Shown piece by piece: positions 34,416-43,607 of a stretch of 64,000 bases of DNA. The stretch comes from Eubacteriales bacterium (GTDB lineage: Bacteria > Bacillota > Clostridia > Oscillospirales > CAG-272), in the NCBI GenBank assembly GCA_045132775.1, contig JBGUSX010000156.1, positions 3,062-67,061 on the forward strand, read 5' to 3'. The notes under the pieces are model-generated. The model was not told where the DNA came from. It searched no databases and saw only the letters and a program-made list of their open reading frames with translations. Position 1 is the first letter of the stretch. Every line of letters starts with the position of its first letter. The position numbers and the translations under genes are program-made.

Positions 34416-36719
34416 ATGACACAGGCGGATAGAATTTTTGAGCGTTTTCCCGACTTCATAAGAGAATATATTTATTCGCACTCGTGGGAATCTCTGCGCG
34501 AGGTACAGATAGCGGCGGCAAAGACTATTTTTGAAACAGACAAAAACCTGCTCCTCACTTCATCGACCGCAAGCGGAAAGACAGAGGCGGCCTTCTTCCC
34601 CATCCTCTCTCTTCTGCACGAAGACCCATCCGCAACCGTCGGTGTTCTCTATATTGCCCCTCTAAAAAGCCTTATCAACGACCAATTTGAGCGTCTTGAG
34701 GAGCTTCTAGATATGACGGGAGTAAGGCTCACCCATTGGCACGGCGACGTGGCTATGTCGCACAAGAAAAAGCTACTTGAGAAGCCTTCGGGAATCCTGC
34801 AGATAACCCCAGAGTCGCTTGAGGCTATGCTTATCAACCGATCCAACGATATACCACGCATCTTTGGTGATCTTCGTTTTATCGTTATTGATGAGATACA
34901 CACGTTGACGGGTACTGACAGGGGCAATCAGATAATTTGTCAATTATCTCGTATCGGACATCTTATTGGATATCATCCCAGAAGAATCGGACTATCTGCA
35001 ACGATAGGTGATCCTTCCCTTGCTGCAGAGTGGCTTTGTGCGGACTCCGGACGGGATATTGATGTCCCATCTCTTACACAGGAAAAAATACGTTGGCGAC
35101 TTGGACTTGAGCATTTCTATATTCAAAATCCCGAGCTCGAAACTCCCGACGAAAAAAAGAAAAAAGAAGCAACTGAAGCTAATGTGGGAGACATCGAAAC
35201 AGCCTCCACATCTCCCGATCCATACACAAATACAAAACAAAAAAAGCCGTATTACATTGACCCGGGATATGAATACGTATATGATTGCGTAAAAGACAAA
35301 AAGGCTCTTGTTTTTTCAAATTCGCGTGAGGAGACCGAGTACGTTTGCGCAACATTGCGTCAGATCTCATCTCTTCGCGGTGACAGTGACGGACGAATTC
35401 TCATCCATCACGGCAATCTTTCCGCTTCTCTCCGAGAAGAAGCCGAAATGAAGATGCGAAACGATGAGGATATAGCTGTCACCTGCGCCACTGTTACGAT
35501 GGAGCTTGGAATAGATATCGGCAGGCTTCAACGTGTCGTACAGATCGAGGCGCCAAACACAGTTTCGAATTTTCTTCAAAGACTCGGTCGCTCGGGCAGA
35601 CGCGGAGATCCGCCCGAAATGATGATGGTCTTCCGCGAGGAAGATCCCCTTCCAAACACTCCTCTCCCTCAGCTTATTCCGTGGGAGCTTTTGCGTGGAA
35701 TTGCTATCATTCAGCTATACATTGAGGAACGCTTTATCGAGCCTCCGCAAAGGAAAAAGCTACCCTTCAGTCTACTTTTCCATCAAACTCTTTCAATGCT
35801 GGCTTCCTCGGGCGAGCTTACCGCCGCGCGACTTGCCGAGCGGGTCCTTTCTCTTCCTCCTTTCAAGGAAGTATCCAAGGAAGACTATAAGACGTTGCTT
35901 GTTTCTATGCTCAACAACGAGTTTATCGAGATGACCGAGGAAAAGGGTCTGATAGTTGGGCTTACGGGTGAGAGACTACTTAAGAGCTTTAAATTCTACG
36001 CTGTATTTAAGGACAATGAGGATTTCACCGTTAGATGCGGATCAGACGAGATAGGCACAATAACCACTCCTCCTCCCGTTGGAGACCGCTTTGCTCTTGC
36101 GGGTCGTGTCTGGGAGGTTGAAGAGCTCGATATCCAGCACAAGCTTGTTTACGTTAAAAAGGTTGAGGGCAAGATGGAGATATCCTGGCCAGGAGACTTC
36201 GGCGAGATACACACCAAGATACTGAAACGAATGAAACAGATCCTTGCGGAAGATACTGTCTATCCATATCTGAAAGAAAATGCAATGCGACGCATAGAGC
36301 AAGCAAGAAAGACCGCGAGAAACACAGGTATGCTTGAGCATTCCTTGGTACATTTGGGCGGTTATTCGTGGTGCCTTTTCCCCTGGCTAGGTACCCGTTC
36401 ATTCAGGACTTTGCGTAAGTTTATTCAGAAAAACGCTAAGGAAAACAATATAAACGGCATAGAGTTTGAGGGCTGCTATTACATTACCTTCAAAATGGAG
36501 AAGATAACGGATCTCAACTTTATTACTCATCTTCTTAACCGCGTCGAGCGAGACGGTATTGACTGTCATGCGCTTGTAGAAAGCGGTGAGATCCCCGTTT
36601 TTGAGAAATACGACAACTACGTTCCCTACGATCTTCTGCGCAAAGCCTATGCCGCAGATAAGCTCCGTGCGGATGAAGCCGAGGAGCAGATAAGACATAT
36701 TTTTGAAGAATTCAAATAA
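34416..36719 (+). CDS. sngC: Lhr-like DExH-box helicase (Shango SngC-like)
   Basis: Motif I 'SSTASGKTEAAF', motif II 'VIDEIHTL', motif III 'LSATIGD', motif VI 'QRLGRSGRRG', plus a ~300-aa C-terminal extension. Start set at 34416 (AGGAGG RBS 5 nt upstream); 34401 is an alternative. Confidence 0.75.
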   Translation: MTQADRIFERFPDFIREYIYSHSWESLREVQIAAAKTIFETDKNLLLTSSTASGKTEAAFFPILSLLHEDPSATVGVLYIAPLKSLINDQFERLEELLDMTGVRLTHWHGDVAMSHKKKLLEKPSGILQITPESLEAMLINRSNDIPRIFGDLRFIVIDEIHTLTGTDRGNQIICQLSRIGHLIGYHPRRIGLSATIGDPSLAAEWLCADSGRDIDVPSLTQEKIRWRLGLEHFYIQNPELETPDEKKKKEATEANVGDIETASTSPDPYTNTKQKKPYYIDPGYEYVYDCVKDKKALVFSNSREETEYVCATLRQISSLRGDSDGRILIHHGNLSASLREEAEMKMRNDEDIAVTCATVTMELGIDIGRLQRVVQIEAPNTVSNFLQRLGRSGRRGDPPEMMMVFREEDPLPNTPLPQLIPWELLRGIAIIQLYIEERFIEPPQRKKLPFSLLFHQTLSMLASSGELTAARLAERVLSLPPFKEVSKEDYKTLLVSMLNNEFIEMTEEKGLIVGLTGERLLKSFKFYAVFKDNEDFTVRCGSDEIGTITTPPPVGDRFALAGRVWEVEELDIQHKLVYVKKVEGKMEISWPGDFGEIHTKILKRMKQILAEDTVYPYLKENAMRRIEQARKTARNTGMLEHSLVHLGGYSWCLFPWLGTRSFRTLRKFIQKNAKENNINGIEFEGCYYITFKMEKITDLNFITHLLNRVERDGIDCHALVESGEIPVFEKYDNYVPYDLLRKAYAADKLRADEAEEQIRHIFEEFK

Positions 36720-36758
36720 AGCAAAACCGCAACGGATAATCCGTTGCGGTTTTGCTTT
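36718..36758. terminator. Bidirectional intrinsic terminator between the helicase gene and rny
   Basis: 18-bp perfect stem aaagcaaaaccgcaacgg / ccgttgcggttttgcttt with loop ataat. Confidence 0.8.
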
Positions 36759-36881
36759 ATCAAATATATTTCATCCGGCATTCGCCGTGCTTATTCTCAT
36801 CTGTGTTCTATGTTAAAATATATATTAAATCCTTAACTGTAACTAAGGAACAAAGATTACAGAGACTTCTGCATATTTGAA

Positions 36882-38426
36882 TTATTTTGCGTAGTCGACT
36901 GCGCGGCTCTCGCGAATAAGATTGATCTTGATCTGTCCGGGATACTTGACTTCTGCCTGGATCTTCGCAGCCATTTCACGTGCGATGACCTTCATACCGG
37001 CATCATTTACTTCCTCGGGCTTGACCATTACTCTGATCTCGCGTCCTGCCTGGATTGCAAACGCCTTATCGATTCCGTTAAAGCTCTTTGCTATTTCCTC
37101 AAGCTTTTCAAGACGCTTGATGTAATTTTCCATATCCTCGCGGCGTGCTCCGGGTCTTGCGGCGCTGATCGCGTCTGCTGCCTGTACGAGTACGGCGATT
37201 ATTGTCTTGGGCTCAACGTCATTGTGGTGTGCCTCGATAGCATGTACGACCTCGCGGCTCTCCTTATACTTCTTAGCGGCATTAACACCGATCTCAACGT
37301 GTGATCCTTCTACATCGTGCGGGAAGGCTTTTCCTATATCGTGGAGAAGTCCCGCCCTCTTTGCAAGGTTGGAATCAACTCCGAGCTCATCTGCCATGAT
37401 GCCCGCGAGGAATGCAACCTCTATAGAGTGCTTAAGTACGTTCTGTCCGTAGCTCGTTCTGTACTTGAGTCTGCCAAGCAATTTAACAAGCTCGGGGTTG
37501 ATGCCGTGGATACCGACCTCAAACGTAGCTCTTTCGCCCGCCTGCTTGACCGATGCCTCGACCTCTTTCTGTGCCTTCTCGACCATTTCCTCAATTCTTG
37601 CGGGATGTATTCTTCCATCGGAAATGAGTCTTTCAAGTGCGATCCTAGCGACCTCTCGTCTTACGGGATCAAAGCCCGAAAGTGTGATGGTCTCGGGTGT
37701 GTCGTCAATGATAAGCTCGACACCCGTCAATGTTTCGATCTTCTGAATATTTCTTCCCTCACGACCAATGATCCTCCCCTTCATTTCTTCACCGGGAAGT
37801 GCTACGCTCGACACTGTCGATTCGGATACGTGATCCGATGCGTATCTCTGGATCGCAAGAGAGATGATATTCTTCGATTTTTCGTCAGCCTCTTCCTTGA
37901 ACTGAGCCTCAAGCTCATCAAGTCTTTGCGCCAACTCGTGCTTGGTCTCGGATTCAACACGCTCAAAGAGCTCTTCTTTTGCTCTTTCCACGGTAATTCC
38001 CGAGATCTCCTCAAGCCTTTTAAGCTGTAGTCTTAATACTTCGTTGTGTTGCTCACGGATCTCTTCGTTTTCTTTGATCTTCTTATCAAGAAGCTCGTTT
38101 TTACGCTCGAGAGCCTCTGTCTTTTTATCAATAGTTTCCTCTTTCTGGGCAACTCTGTTTTCAAGACGGGACATCTCCTTACGTCTTTCCTTGATCTCGC
38201 GTTCAAGCTCGTTGCGCTGAGCCATTATGCTCTCTTTAGCTTCAATCATCGCTTCTTTCTTTGCAGATTCTGCGTTTTTCTTAGCATCTTCAACGATCTT
38301 CTTAGCCTCCGCCTCTGCAGAGCCTATCTTTGCTTCGCCGATCTTTTTTCTGATAAGAAAACCTACGAAAAATCCAAGTGCAATGCCAACGACTGCGCCG
38401 ATTACGGCATACAGGATTGGTGGCAT
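36882..38426 (-). CDS. rny: Ribonuclease Y
   Basis: 514 aa. N-terminal TM helix, coiled coil, KH domain ('[11 protein letters not shown]'), HD domain ('LLHDIGKA'). Confidence 0.95.
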   Translation of the reverse strand: MPPILYAVIGAVVGIALGFFVGFLIRKKIGEAKIGSAEAEAKKIVEDAKKNAESAKKEAMIEAKESIMAQRNELEREIKERRKEMSRLENRVAQKEETIDKKTEALERKNELLDKKIKENEEIREQHNEVLRLQLKRLEEISGITVERAKEELFERVESETKHELAQRLDELEAQFKEEADEKSKNIISLAIQRYASDHVSESTVSSVALPGEEMKGRIIGREGRNIQKIETLTGVELIIDDTPETITLSGFDPVRREVARIALERLISDGRIHPARIEEMVEKAQKEVEASVKQAGERATFEVGIHGINPELVKLLGRLKYRTSYGQNVLKHSIEVAFLAGIMADELGVDSNLAKRAGLLHDIGKAFPHDVEGSHVEIGVNAAKKYKESREVVHAIEAHHNDVEPKTIIAVLVQAADAISAARPGARREDMENYIKRLEKLEEIAKSFNGIDKAFAIQAGREIRVMVKPEEVNDAGMKVIAREMAAKIQAEVKYPGQIKINLIRESRAVDYAK

Positions 38427-38473
38427 TTGATTTTTCCTCCTTGGGTTTTCTAAGGTATAATATACCTTCTTAT

Positions 38474-38502
38474 ATTATACATAAGAACGAGCGTTTTGTC
38501 AA
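38474..38502 (-). promoter_or_regulatory. Consensus sigma-A promoter of rny
   Basis: Minus strand: TTGACA (38497-38502), 17-nt spacer, TATAAT (38474-38479). The -35 lies inside one arm of the upstream hairpin. Confidence 0.7.
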
Positions 38503-38550
38503 TAGTTTTTTCAAGCTACTTTGACAAAACGCTCTTTTTTTTATTTTTTT
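38489..38550. terminator. 14-bp-stem hairpin downstream of pmbA (terminator-like; strong T-run only on the plus strand)
   Basis: gagcgttttgtcaa (38489-38502) pairs with ttgacaaaacgctc (38521-38534). The plus strand continues with T8 a T7. The minus strand continues with the U-poorer guucuuaug. Confidence 0.5.
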
Positions 38551-38569
38551 GCAAAAATACGTCGATTTA

Positions 38570-39898
38570 TCACTTTCCTGCGACGCTCATATCCCTAATA
38601 AGCACGTCGGGAGATCCGAAAACGGTAAATCCACCGGGTATTCCCCACTTAACCTCATTTGAAAGCGAATCGATGCTCTTAAGGAGCTCAAAGAAGTTTC
38701 CTGCAACGGTAAAGGACTTGATAGGTCCTGCTTTTTTGCCGTTCTTGATCAAAAATCCTTCGCTCTCGACAGAGAAATCTCCTGTGATCGCATTTGCACC
38801 CGCGTGAAGTCCCTTAACACCGGTTACGTAAATACCGTCTTCGGCCTTTACGAAAAGCTCGTCAAGTGTGTTCTCTCCTGCGCTGATAGCAAAGTTATAG
38901 GGTGCTATATTTCCTCCGCGGCGACCGTTAGCAGTCGTCTGCTTTCCTGTCTTGATTGCAGTTGTAAGATCGTAAAGAAGTGTTTTGAGAACTCCGTTTT
39001 CAACAACGTTTTTCTTATACGTTGCAACACCTTCCTCGTCAAACGGTGTCTGTACGGGACAACCCTCTCTCATCGCGTCGTCTGTGATACTTACGATGTC
39101 GGAGGCGATCTTTTCTCCCTCCTTTCCGGCAAGCAAGGACATTCCGAGGATCGCATTCTTTGCAGAGAATGAAGGTGAGAATGCAGAAAGAAGTGATCTC
39201 ATCTGCGTACCGTCGATTACGATGTTATACTTACCCGTGGCGATCTCCTCTGCGCCGATCTTCTCGAGCGCGCCATTTACCGCCTTTGCGGGAAGCTCGT
39301 CGAACTTTTCACCGTGAATAGACTCAGCAAATTCAAAGTTATCACGGGATTCTCCGTCCTTATTTACAACTGCCGCAACGTAGCATCCCGTCATTCCAAC
39401 CTTGTTGGAAAGCTCAAGACCGTGCGAATTGTACAGATAGATCTCATCTCTGAAGGACATAGCAATGGACTGTGTGCCGTCAACAACAGAGCTATCCGTG
39501 GCGTAGGTCTTTCTCTGGAGCTCAAGAGCCTTATTTTTAAGCTCCGCGGCATCAGCAACCTCAGGTTCGGGAGCTGTGATCTTTCCGTAGGATTCCGATC
39601 CCTTGAAAATAACAACAACATCCTCATTCTCTATAGCCCTTGCGTTGTCGGATGCTCTGATAACGAGATCCTCGATCTCATCGGCATCGAAGAAGCTTGT
39701 GGATGCATATCCCATATGTCCGTCAACGATACAACGGAATGAGAGGCTTGCGCTCTCGCCCGAGCTGAATGCACTTATCTCGTCCTTGAGAGTTTCAGCC
39801 GAGATATTCTCGCCTATGGAATATGTCATTTCATATTCGTTCACGCCGTATTTTTCACAAGCATTTTTGATTATCTGCTTTATTTCCTTGAAATCCAT
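38570..39898 (-). CDS. pmbA: TldD/PmbA-family protein, PmbA (TldE)-like subunit
   Basis: 442 aa. Has family features such as the C-terminal 'GxxVxGP' region but no HExxxH. Directly follows tldD with a 1-nt gap. Confidence 0.82.
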   Translation of the reverse strand: MDFKEIKQIIKNACEKYGVNEYEMTYSIGENISAETLKDEISAFSSGESASLSFRCIVDGHMGYASTSFFDADEIEDLVIRASDNARAIENEDVVVIFKGSESYGKITAPEPEVADAAELKNKALELQRKTYATDSSVVDGTQSIAMSFRDEIYLYNSHGLELSNKVGMTGCYVAAVVNKDGESRDNFEFAESIHGEKFDELPAKAVNGALEKIGAEEIATGKYNIVIDGTQMRSLLSAFSPSFSAKNAILGMSLLAGKEGEKIASDIVSITDDAMREGCPVQTPFDEEGVATYKKNVVENGVLKTLLYDLTTAIKTGKQTTANGRRGGNIAPYNFAISAGENTLDELFVKAEDGIYVTGVKGLHAGANAITGDFSVESEGFLIKNGKKAGPIKSFTVAGNFFELLKSIDSLSNEVKWGIPGGFTVFGSPDVLIRDMSVAGK

Positions 39899-39899
39899 A

Positions 39900-41282
39900 T
39901 CAGCGACCTCCTACTGTTATCTTTGATACGCGGATAAGAGGCTGACCTACGTCAGTAGGCACGCTACCGCTGGACGATCCGCACATTCCCTGTGCAGTCT
40001 CAAGATTCTGTCCGACCATATCAATATCCATAAGGATCTGCGACCCGGTTCCGATAAGCGATGCGCCGCGTACGGGCTCGCAGATCTCTCCGTTTCTGAC
40101 AATGTAGCCCTCATTAACACCGAAATTGAACTCACCTGTGAGAGGATTTACCGATCCGCCGCCCATGCTCTTTGCATAGAGACCGTATTCAATAGATTTG
40201 ATGATATCCTCGTTCTTGTCGGGTCCGTTTGCGATAAAGGTATTTGTCATTCTGGAGGTAGGCTCGTACATAAAGCTCTCGCGTCTGCCGTTACCCGTCA
40301 TATCCATTCCCATTCTGCGCGAACCGAGTCTGTCAATCATATAGCTCTTGAGAATTCCGTTTTCAATGAGAACGTTTCTCTGTGTTACGTGACCCTCGTC
40401 GTCGATATTTACCGAGCCCCATGCGCCCGGGATGGTGCCGTCGTCAATAGCCGTTACCTTCTCGTTTGCAATCTTCTGACCAAGCTTTCCGCACATCTGC
40501 GAGGTTCCCGTACCAACGCTTGTAGCCTCGAGAGAATGTCCGCAGGCCTCGTGGAAGATAACTCCGCCAAAGCCGTTTTCAATGGCAACGGTCATCTGTC
40601 CTGCGGGACAGTAATCTGCGCGCAGGTTGACAAGTGCCTGATCTGCAGCTTTGATACCAACAGACCTGGGATCGATGAAATCAAACATTTCAAGACCCAT
40701 TCCGCGTCCGGGTGACGCACTTCCCGACTGATTTTCGTGTCCGTCGGATGCAACAGCCTGAACTGCAATCCTGGTTCTTACGTGTCTGTCAGATGTATAG
40801 AGACCTTCACTGTTAGCGATAAGTATAGTATGGTCGGTTGAGACCAAGCTACCCATAGCCTGTCTTATTTTTTCATCTTTCTCACTTGCCGCGAAGCACG
40901 CCTCCTTGAGAATGTCGGTTCTCGTTTTCATGGGAGTGCTTCCTGGAAGTATCTTTACGGGATGAATATTCGGAAAGATACGCTCTGTGAGGTGAATCGA
41001 CACCTGCGCGTTACTCTCTCCGAGTGCATCTGCAACTGCTCTTGCGCAACGGATAAGTCCCGAGCGCGAAAGGTCGGTTGTAGTAGCGTATACGGTTCTC
41101 GTTCCGATAAATGCACGGATTCCAACACCCGAAGTAACTCCGTCGTTGGCATTGTCTATCTTTCCGTTGAGAAAGCGCAGACCGTTATTTCTTGTTCTCT
41201 CGGCATACACCTCGGCAAAATCTGCGCCTGTAGACATAGCTACCGCAAGAACGTCCTCAAGTATAAGTCTGGAAATAATCAT
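39900..41282 (-). CDS. tldD: TldD metalloprotease
   Basis: 460 aa. 'GGVIFHEACGHSLEA' HExxxH motif and 'GxC' near the C-terminus. Confidence 0.88.
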   Translation of the reverse strand: MIISRLILEDVLAVAMSTGADFAEVYAERTRNNGLRFLNGKIDNANDGVTSGVGIRAFIGTRTVYATTTDLSRSGLIRCARAVADALGESNAQVSIHLTERIFPNIHPVKILPGSTPMKTRTDILKEACFAASEKDEKIRQAMGSLVSTDHTILIANSEGLYTSDRHVRTRIAVQAVASDGHENQSGSASPGRGMGLEMFDFIDPRSVGIKAADQALVNLRADYCPAGQMTVAIENGFGGVIFHEACGHSLEATSVGTGTSQMCGKLGQKIANEKVTAIDDGTIPGAWGSVNIDDEGHVTQRNVLIENGILKSYMIDRLGSRRMGMDMTGNGRRESFMYEPTSRMTNTFIANGPDKNEDIIKSIEYGLYAKSMGGGSVNPLTGEFNFGVNEGYIVRNGEICEPVRGASLIGTGSQILMDIDMVGQNLETAQGMCGSSSGSVPTDVGQPLIRVSKITVGGR

Positions 41283-41303
41283 TTTTTATCCTACCTTTGC
41301 GAT

Positions 41304-41717
41304 TTATGCTTTCTCCGCCTCGGATTTTTCCGCATAGATCTTCATAACGATCTCCTCTGCAAAGGAAACGTTGCATATTCTTTTTATCTTGCTATCACTG
41401 ATGTAGACCTCGCAGTTATTGTCATCGATCCAGTTGAAAGAGATCTTGGAGTTTTTGCCTACAAGGAAGCTGAAGTCGCAATGATCAACACTGTTCTCTG
41501 CCTTGACCTTAATAAGAGTAAGACCCTTTGCAAAGCTTGAAGAACCGCACGTAAGCTTGATGAGGTTCTCTTCGTTGGGGGAAACGATGGTTGTCTCGTG
41601 AGAATCGTCCTTGATCTCATTTGCTACCTTAAGAGCAGCAAGTGTACCTGCGGTTGCAGCTGCAACTCCTGCGGTAATTCCTACGATCAATCCTACTAAT
41701 CCGTTTTTCTGTGACAT
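41304..41717 (-). CDS. Hypothetical membrane-anchored protein
   Basis: 137 aa. N-terminal helix 'GLVGLIVGITAGVAAATAGTLAAL'. Sits in the same operon between the HAD gene and tldD. No recognisable family. Confidence 0.5.
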   Translation of the reverse strand: MSQKNGLVGLIVGITAGVAAATAGTLAALKVANEIKDDSHETTIVSPNEENLIKLTCGSSSFAKGLTLIKVKAENSVDHCDFSFLVGKNSKISFNWIDDNNCEVYISDSKIKRICNVSFAEEIVMKIYAEKSEAEKA

Positions 41718-41733
41718 AATTTTATCCTCCGAA

Positions 41734-42402
41734 TTAAATTATTTTATTTTCATTTTTAATGATTTCTATTACGTCAAGAAGACTCTCTACGGTCGCATAG
41801 GTGACCGCATCCGTCTCCTTTGTGGGCTTGAGCAAGTCGGGAATGAGTATCGGCTTCATTCCTGCCGCGTGTGCCGCAAATATTCCGCTGTATGAATCCT
41901 CGCAAACGGCACATTCATCGGCCTTGGCGTTTATCCGTCTTCCCGCCTCTATGAATATGTCGGGGGCGGGCTTTCCGCGCTTTACCATTGTTGACATCAC
42001 TATTGCATCAAAGTAGTCAACCAGTCCCATTCTTTTAAGATTTTTGTTGGTTATTTCGGGAACTGTCGACGTGGCAACAGCCATTGGAATACCTTGTTCT
42101 CTCAGAAAATCAAGCAACTCGCGGCATCCTTTTTTTAAGTGTAATTCCTTTGAGGTAAGGTCACTGTAAAGTGCCATTCTCTCACTCATAAAGCCTTCGG
42201 AATCAAAATCCTCACCAAAATAGTCCTTTAAGATTCTTTTGGAGCTTTCCACACTTCTTCCGCAGATAAACGGAACATACATATCGGTCATAACCCGACG
42301 GTCGAGCCCCCACTTAATGCCTGTCTCAATCCAAGAGCGCATATAAACGGACTCTGTATCAAGCAGCGTTCCGTCCATATCGAATATAACATATTTTATC
42401 AT
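41734..42402 (-). CDS. HAD-superfamily hydrolase (beta-phosphoglucomutase/phosphatase-like)
   Basis: 'VIFDMDGTLLDTE' motif I, 'ATST' motif II, 'CAVCEDSYSG' motif IV. Confidence 0.85.
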   Translation of the reverse strand: MIKYVIFDMDGTLLDTESVYMRSWIETGIKWGLDRRVMTDMYVPFICGRSVESSKRILKDYFGEDFDSEGFMSERMALYSDLTSKELHLKKGCRELLDFLREQGIPMAVATSTVPEITNKNLKRMGLVDYFDAIVMSTMVKRGKPAPDIFIEAGRRINAKADECAVCEDSYSGIFAAHAAGMKPILIPDLLKPTKETDAVTYATVESLLDVIEIIKNENKII

Positions 42403-42417
42403 GTTTTTGCCTCTTTG

Positions 42418-43554
42418 TCAATCGGGATTTCTTTCTCCGAGTGCGATATGGTATTTTTGATAAAAGCTTTCGAAGTATCCGCCGTCAAGCGCCTCCCTTA
42501 TCTTCCTTGTAAGGTTATTGTAGAAGTAGAGGTTATGCTGAACCGCAAGTCTCATACCTAGTGACTCCTTTGCTTTAATAAGGTGTCTGATATACGAACG
42601 ACTGTAATTGCGGCAAGTCGGGCAATCGCACGAAAGAGATATCGGTCTTGGGTCTTTGGCATATTTCTCGTTGCAAATGTTCATCTTACCTTCCCAGGTA
42701 AAGAGGTTTCCGTGGCGAGCGTTTCTTGAGGGCATTACGCAATCGAAGAAATCGACTCCCATGTGGACTGCTTCAAGAATATTACAAGGAGTTCCGACTC
42801 CCATAAGGTATCTCGGCTTATCTTTAGGCATAAAGGGCTCTACCGCATCAATTATACGGTACATCTCCTCGGTTTCCTCACCTACGGCAAGTCCGCCTAT
42901 AGCGTAACCCTCACAATTGATTTCTGCAATTCTCTGCATGTGCTCGATTCTAAGATCCTCATAGGTTCCACCCTGGTTTATACCAAAGAGCATCTGGCTT
43001 TTGTTGATAGTCTCGGGGAGCGAATTGAGTCTGTCCATCTCGGCACGGCATCTTTCAAGCCAGCGAGTAGTTCTGTCGATGGAGTTTCTTACGTACTTAT
43101 ACGGTGCAGGGTTCTCGATGCATTCGTCAAATGCCATTGCTATTGTTGATGCAAGATTCGACTGGATCTGCATACTCTCCTCGGGACCCATAAATATCTT
43201 TTTTCCGTCTACGTGAGACTGAAACCTTACACCCTCTTCGGTTATCTTACGAAGCTGGGCGAGTGAAAACACCTGAAATCCGCCCGAATCGGTAAGTATA
43301 GGCTTATCCCAATTCATAAACTTGTGAAGTCCGCCCATTTCGTATATGAGCCTGTCACCCGGACGGATGTGAAGGTGATAGGTATTGGAAAGCTCAACCT
43401 GGCAGTCGATCTCATTGAGCTCCATTGTCGACACACCGCCCTTTATCGCGGCGCACGTACCGACGTTCATAAACACGGGGGTCTGAATATCTCCGTGTAC
43501 TGTATGGAGAACGCCTCTGCGCGCTCTGCCATCCTGTGCTAAAAGTTCAAACAT
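42418..43554 (-). CDS. tgt: tRNA-guanosine(34) transglycosylase
   Basis: 'MFELLAQDGRARRG..TPVFM', 'LTDSGGFQVFSL', zinc site 'CDCPTCRNYSRSYIRHL'. Start at 43554 with an AAAGGAG RBS. Confidence 0.93.
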   Translation of the reverse strand: MFELLAQDGRARRGVLHTVHGDIQTPVFMNVGTCAAIKGGVSTMELNEIDCQVELSNTYHLHIRPGDRLIYEMGGLHKFMNWDKPILTDSGGFQVFSLAQLRKITEEGVRFQSHVDGKKIFMGPEESMQIQSNLASTIAMAFDECIENPAPYKYVRNSIDRTTRWLERCRAEMDRLNSLPETINKSQMLFGINQGGTYEDLRIEHMQRIAEINCEGYAIGGLAVGEETEEMYRIIDAVEPFMPKDKPRYLMGVGTPCNILEAVHMGVDFFDCVMPSRNARHGNLFTWEGKMNICNEKYAKDPRPISLSCDCPTCRNYSRSYIRHLIKAKESLGMRLAVQHNLYFYNNLTRKIREALDGGYFESFYQKYHIALGERNPD

Positions 43555-43607
43555 AACTTTGCTCCTTTTGCCCTGACGCAAAACAGTGCGACGGGCTTAT
43601 TATTTTT

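Noticed and set aside
19800-36800. Prophage, integrative element or IS as the carrier of the accessory genes
   Set aside because: No integrase, recombinase, transposase, tRNA attachment site, phage structural gene or long flanking direct repeat was seen. The accessory genes look like small islets between core genes rather than a mobile element.
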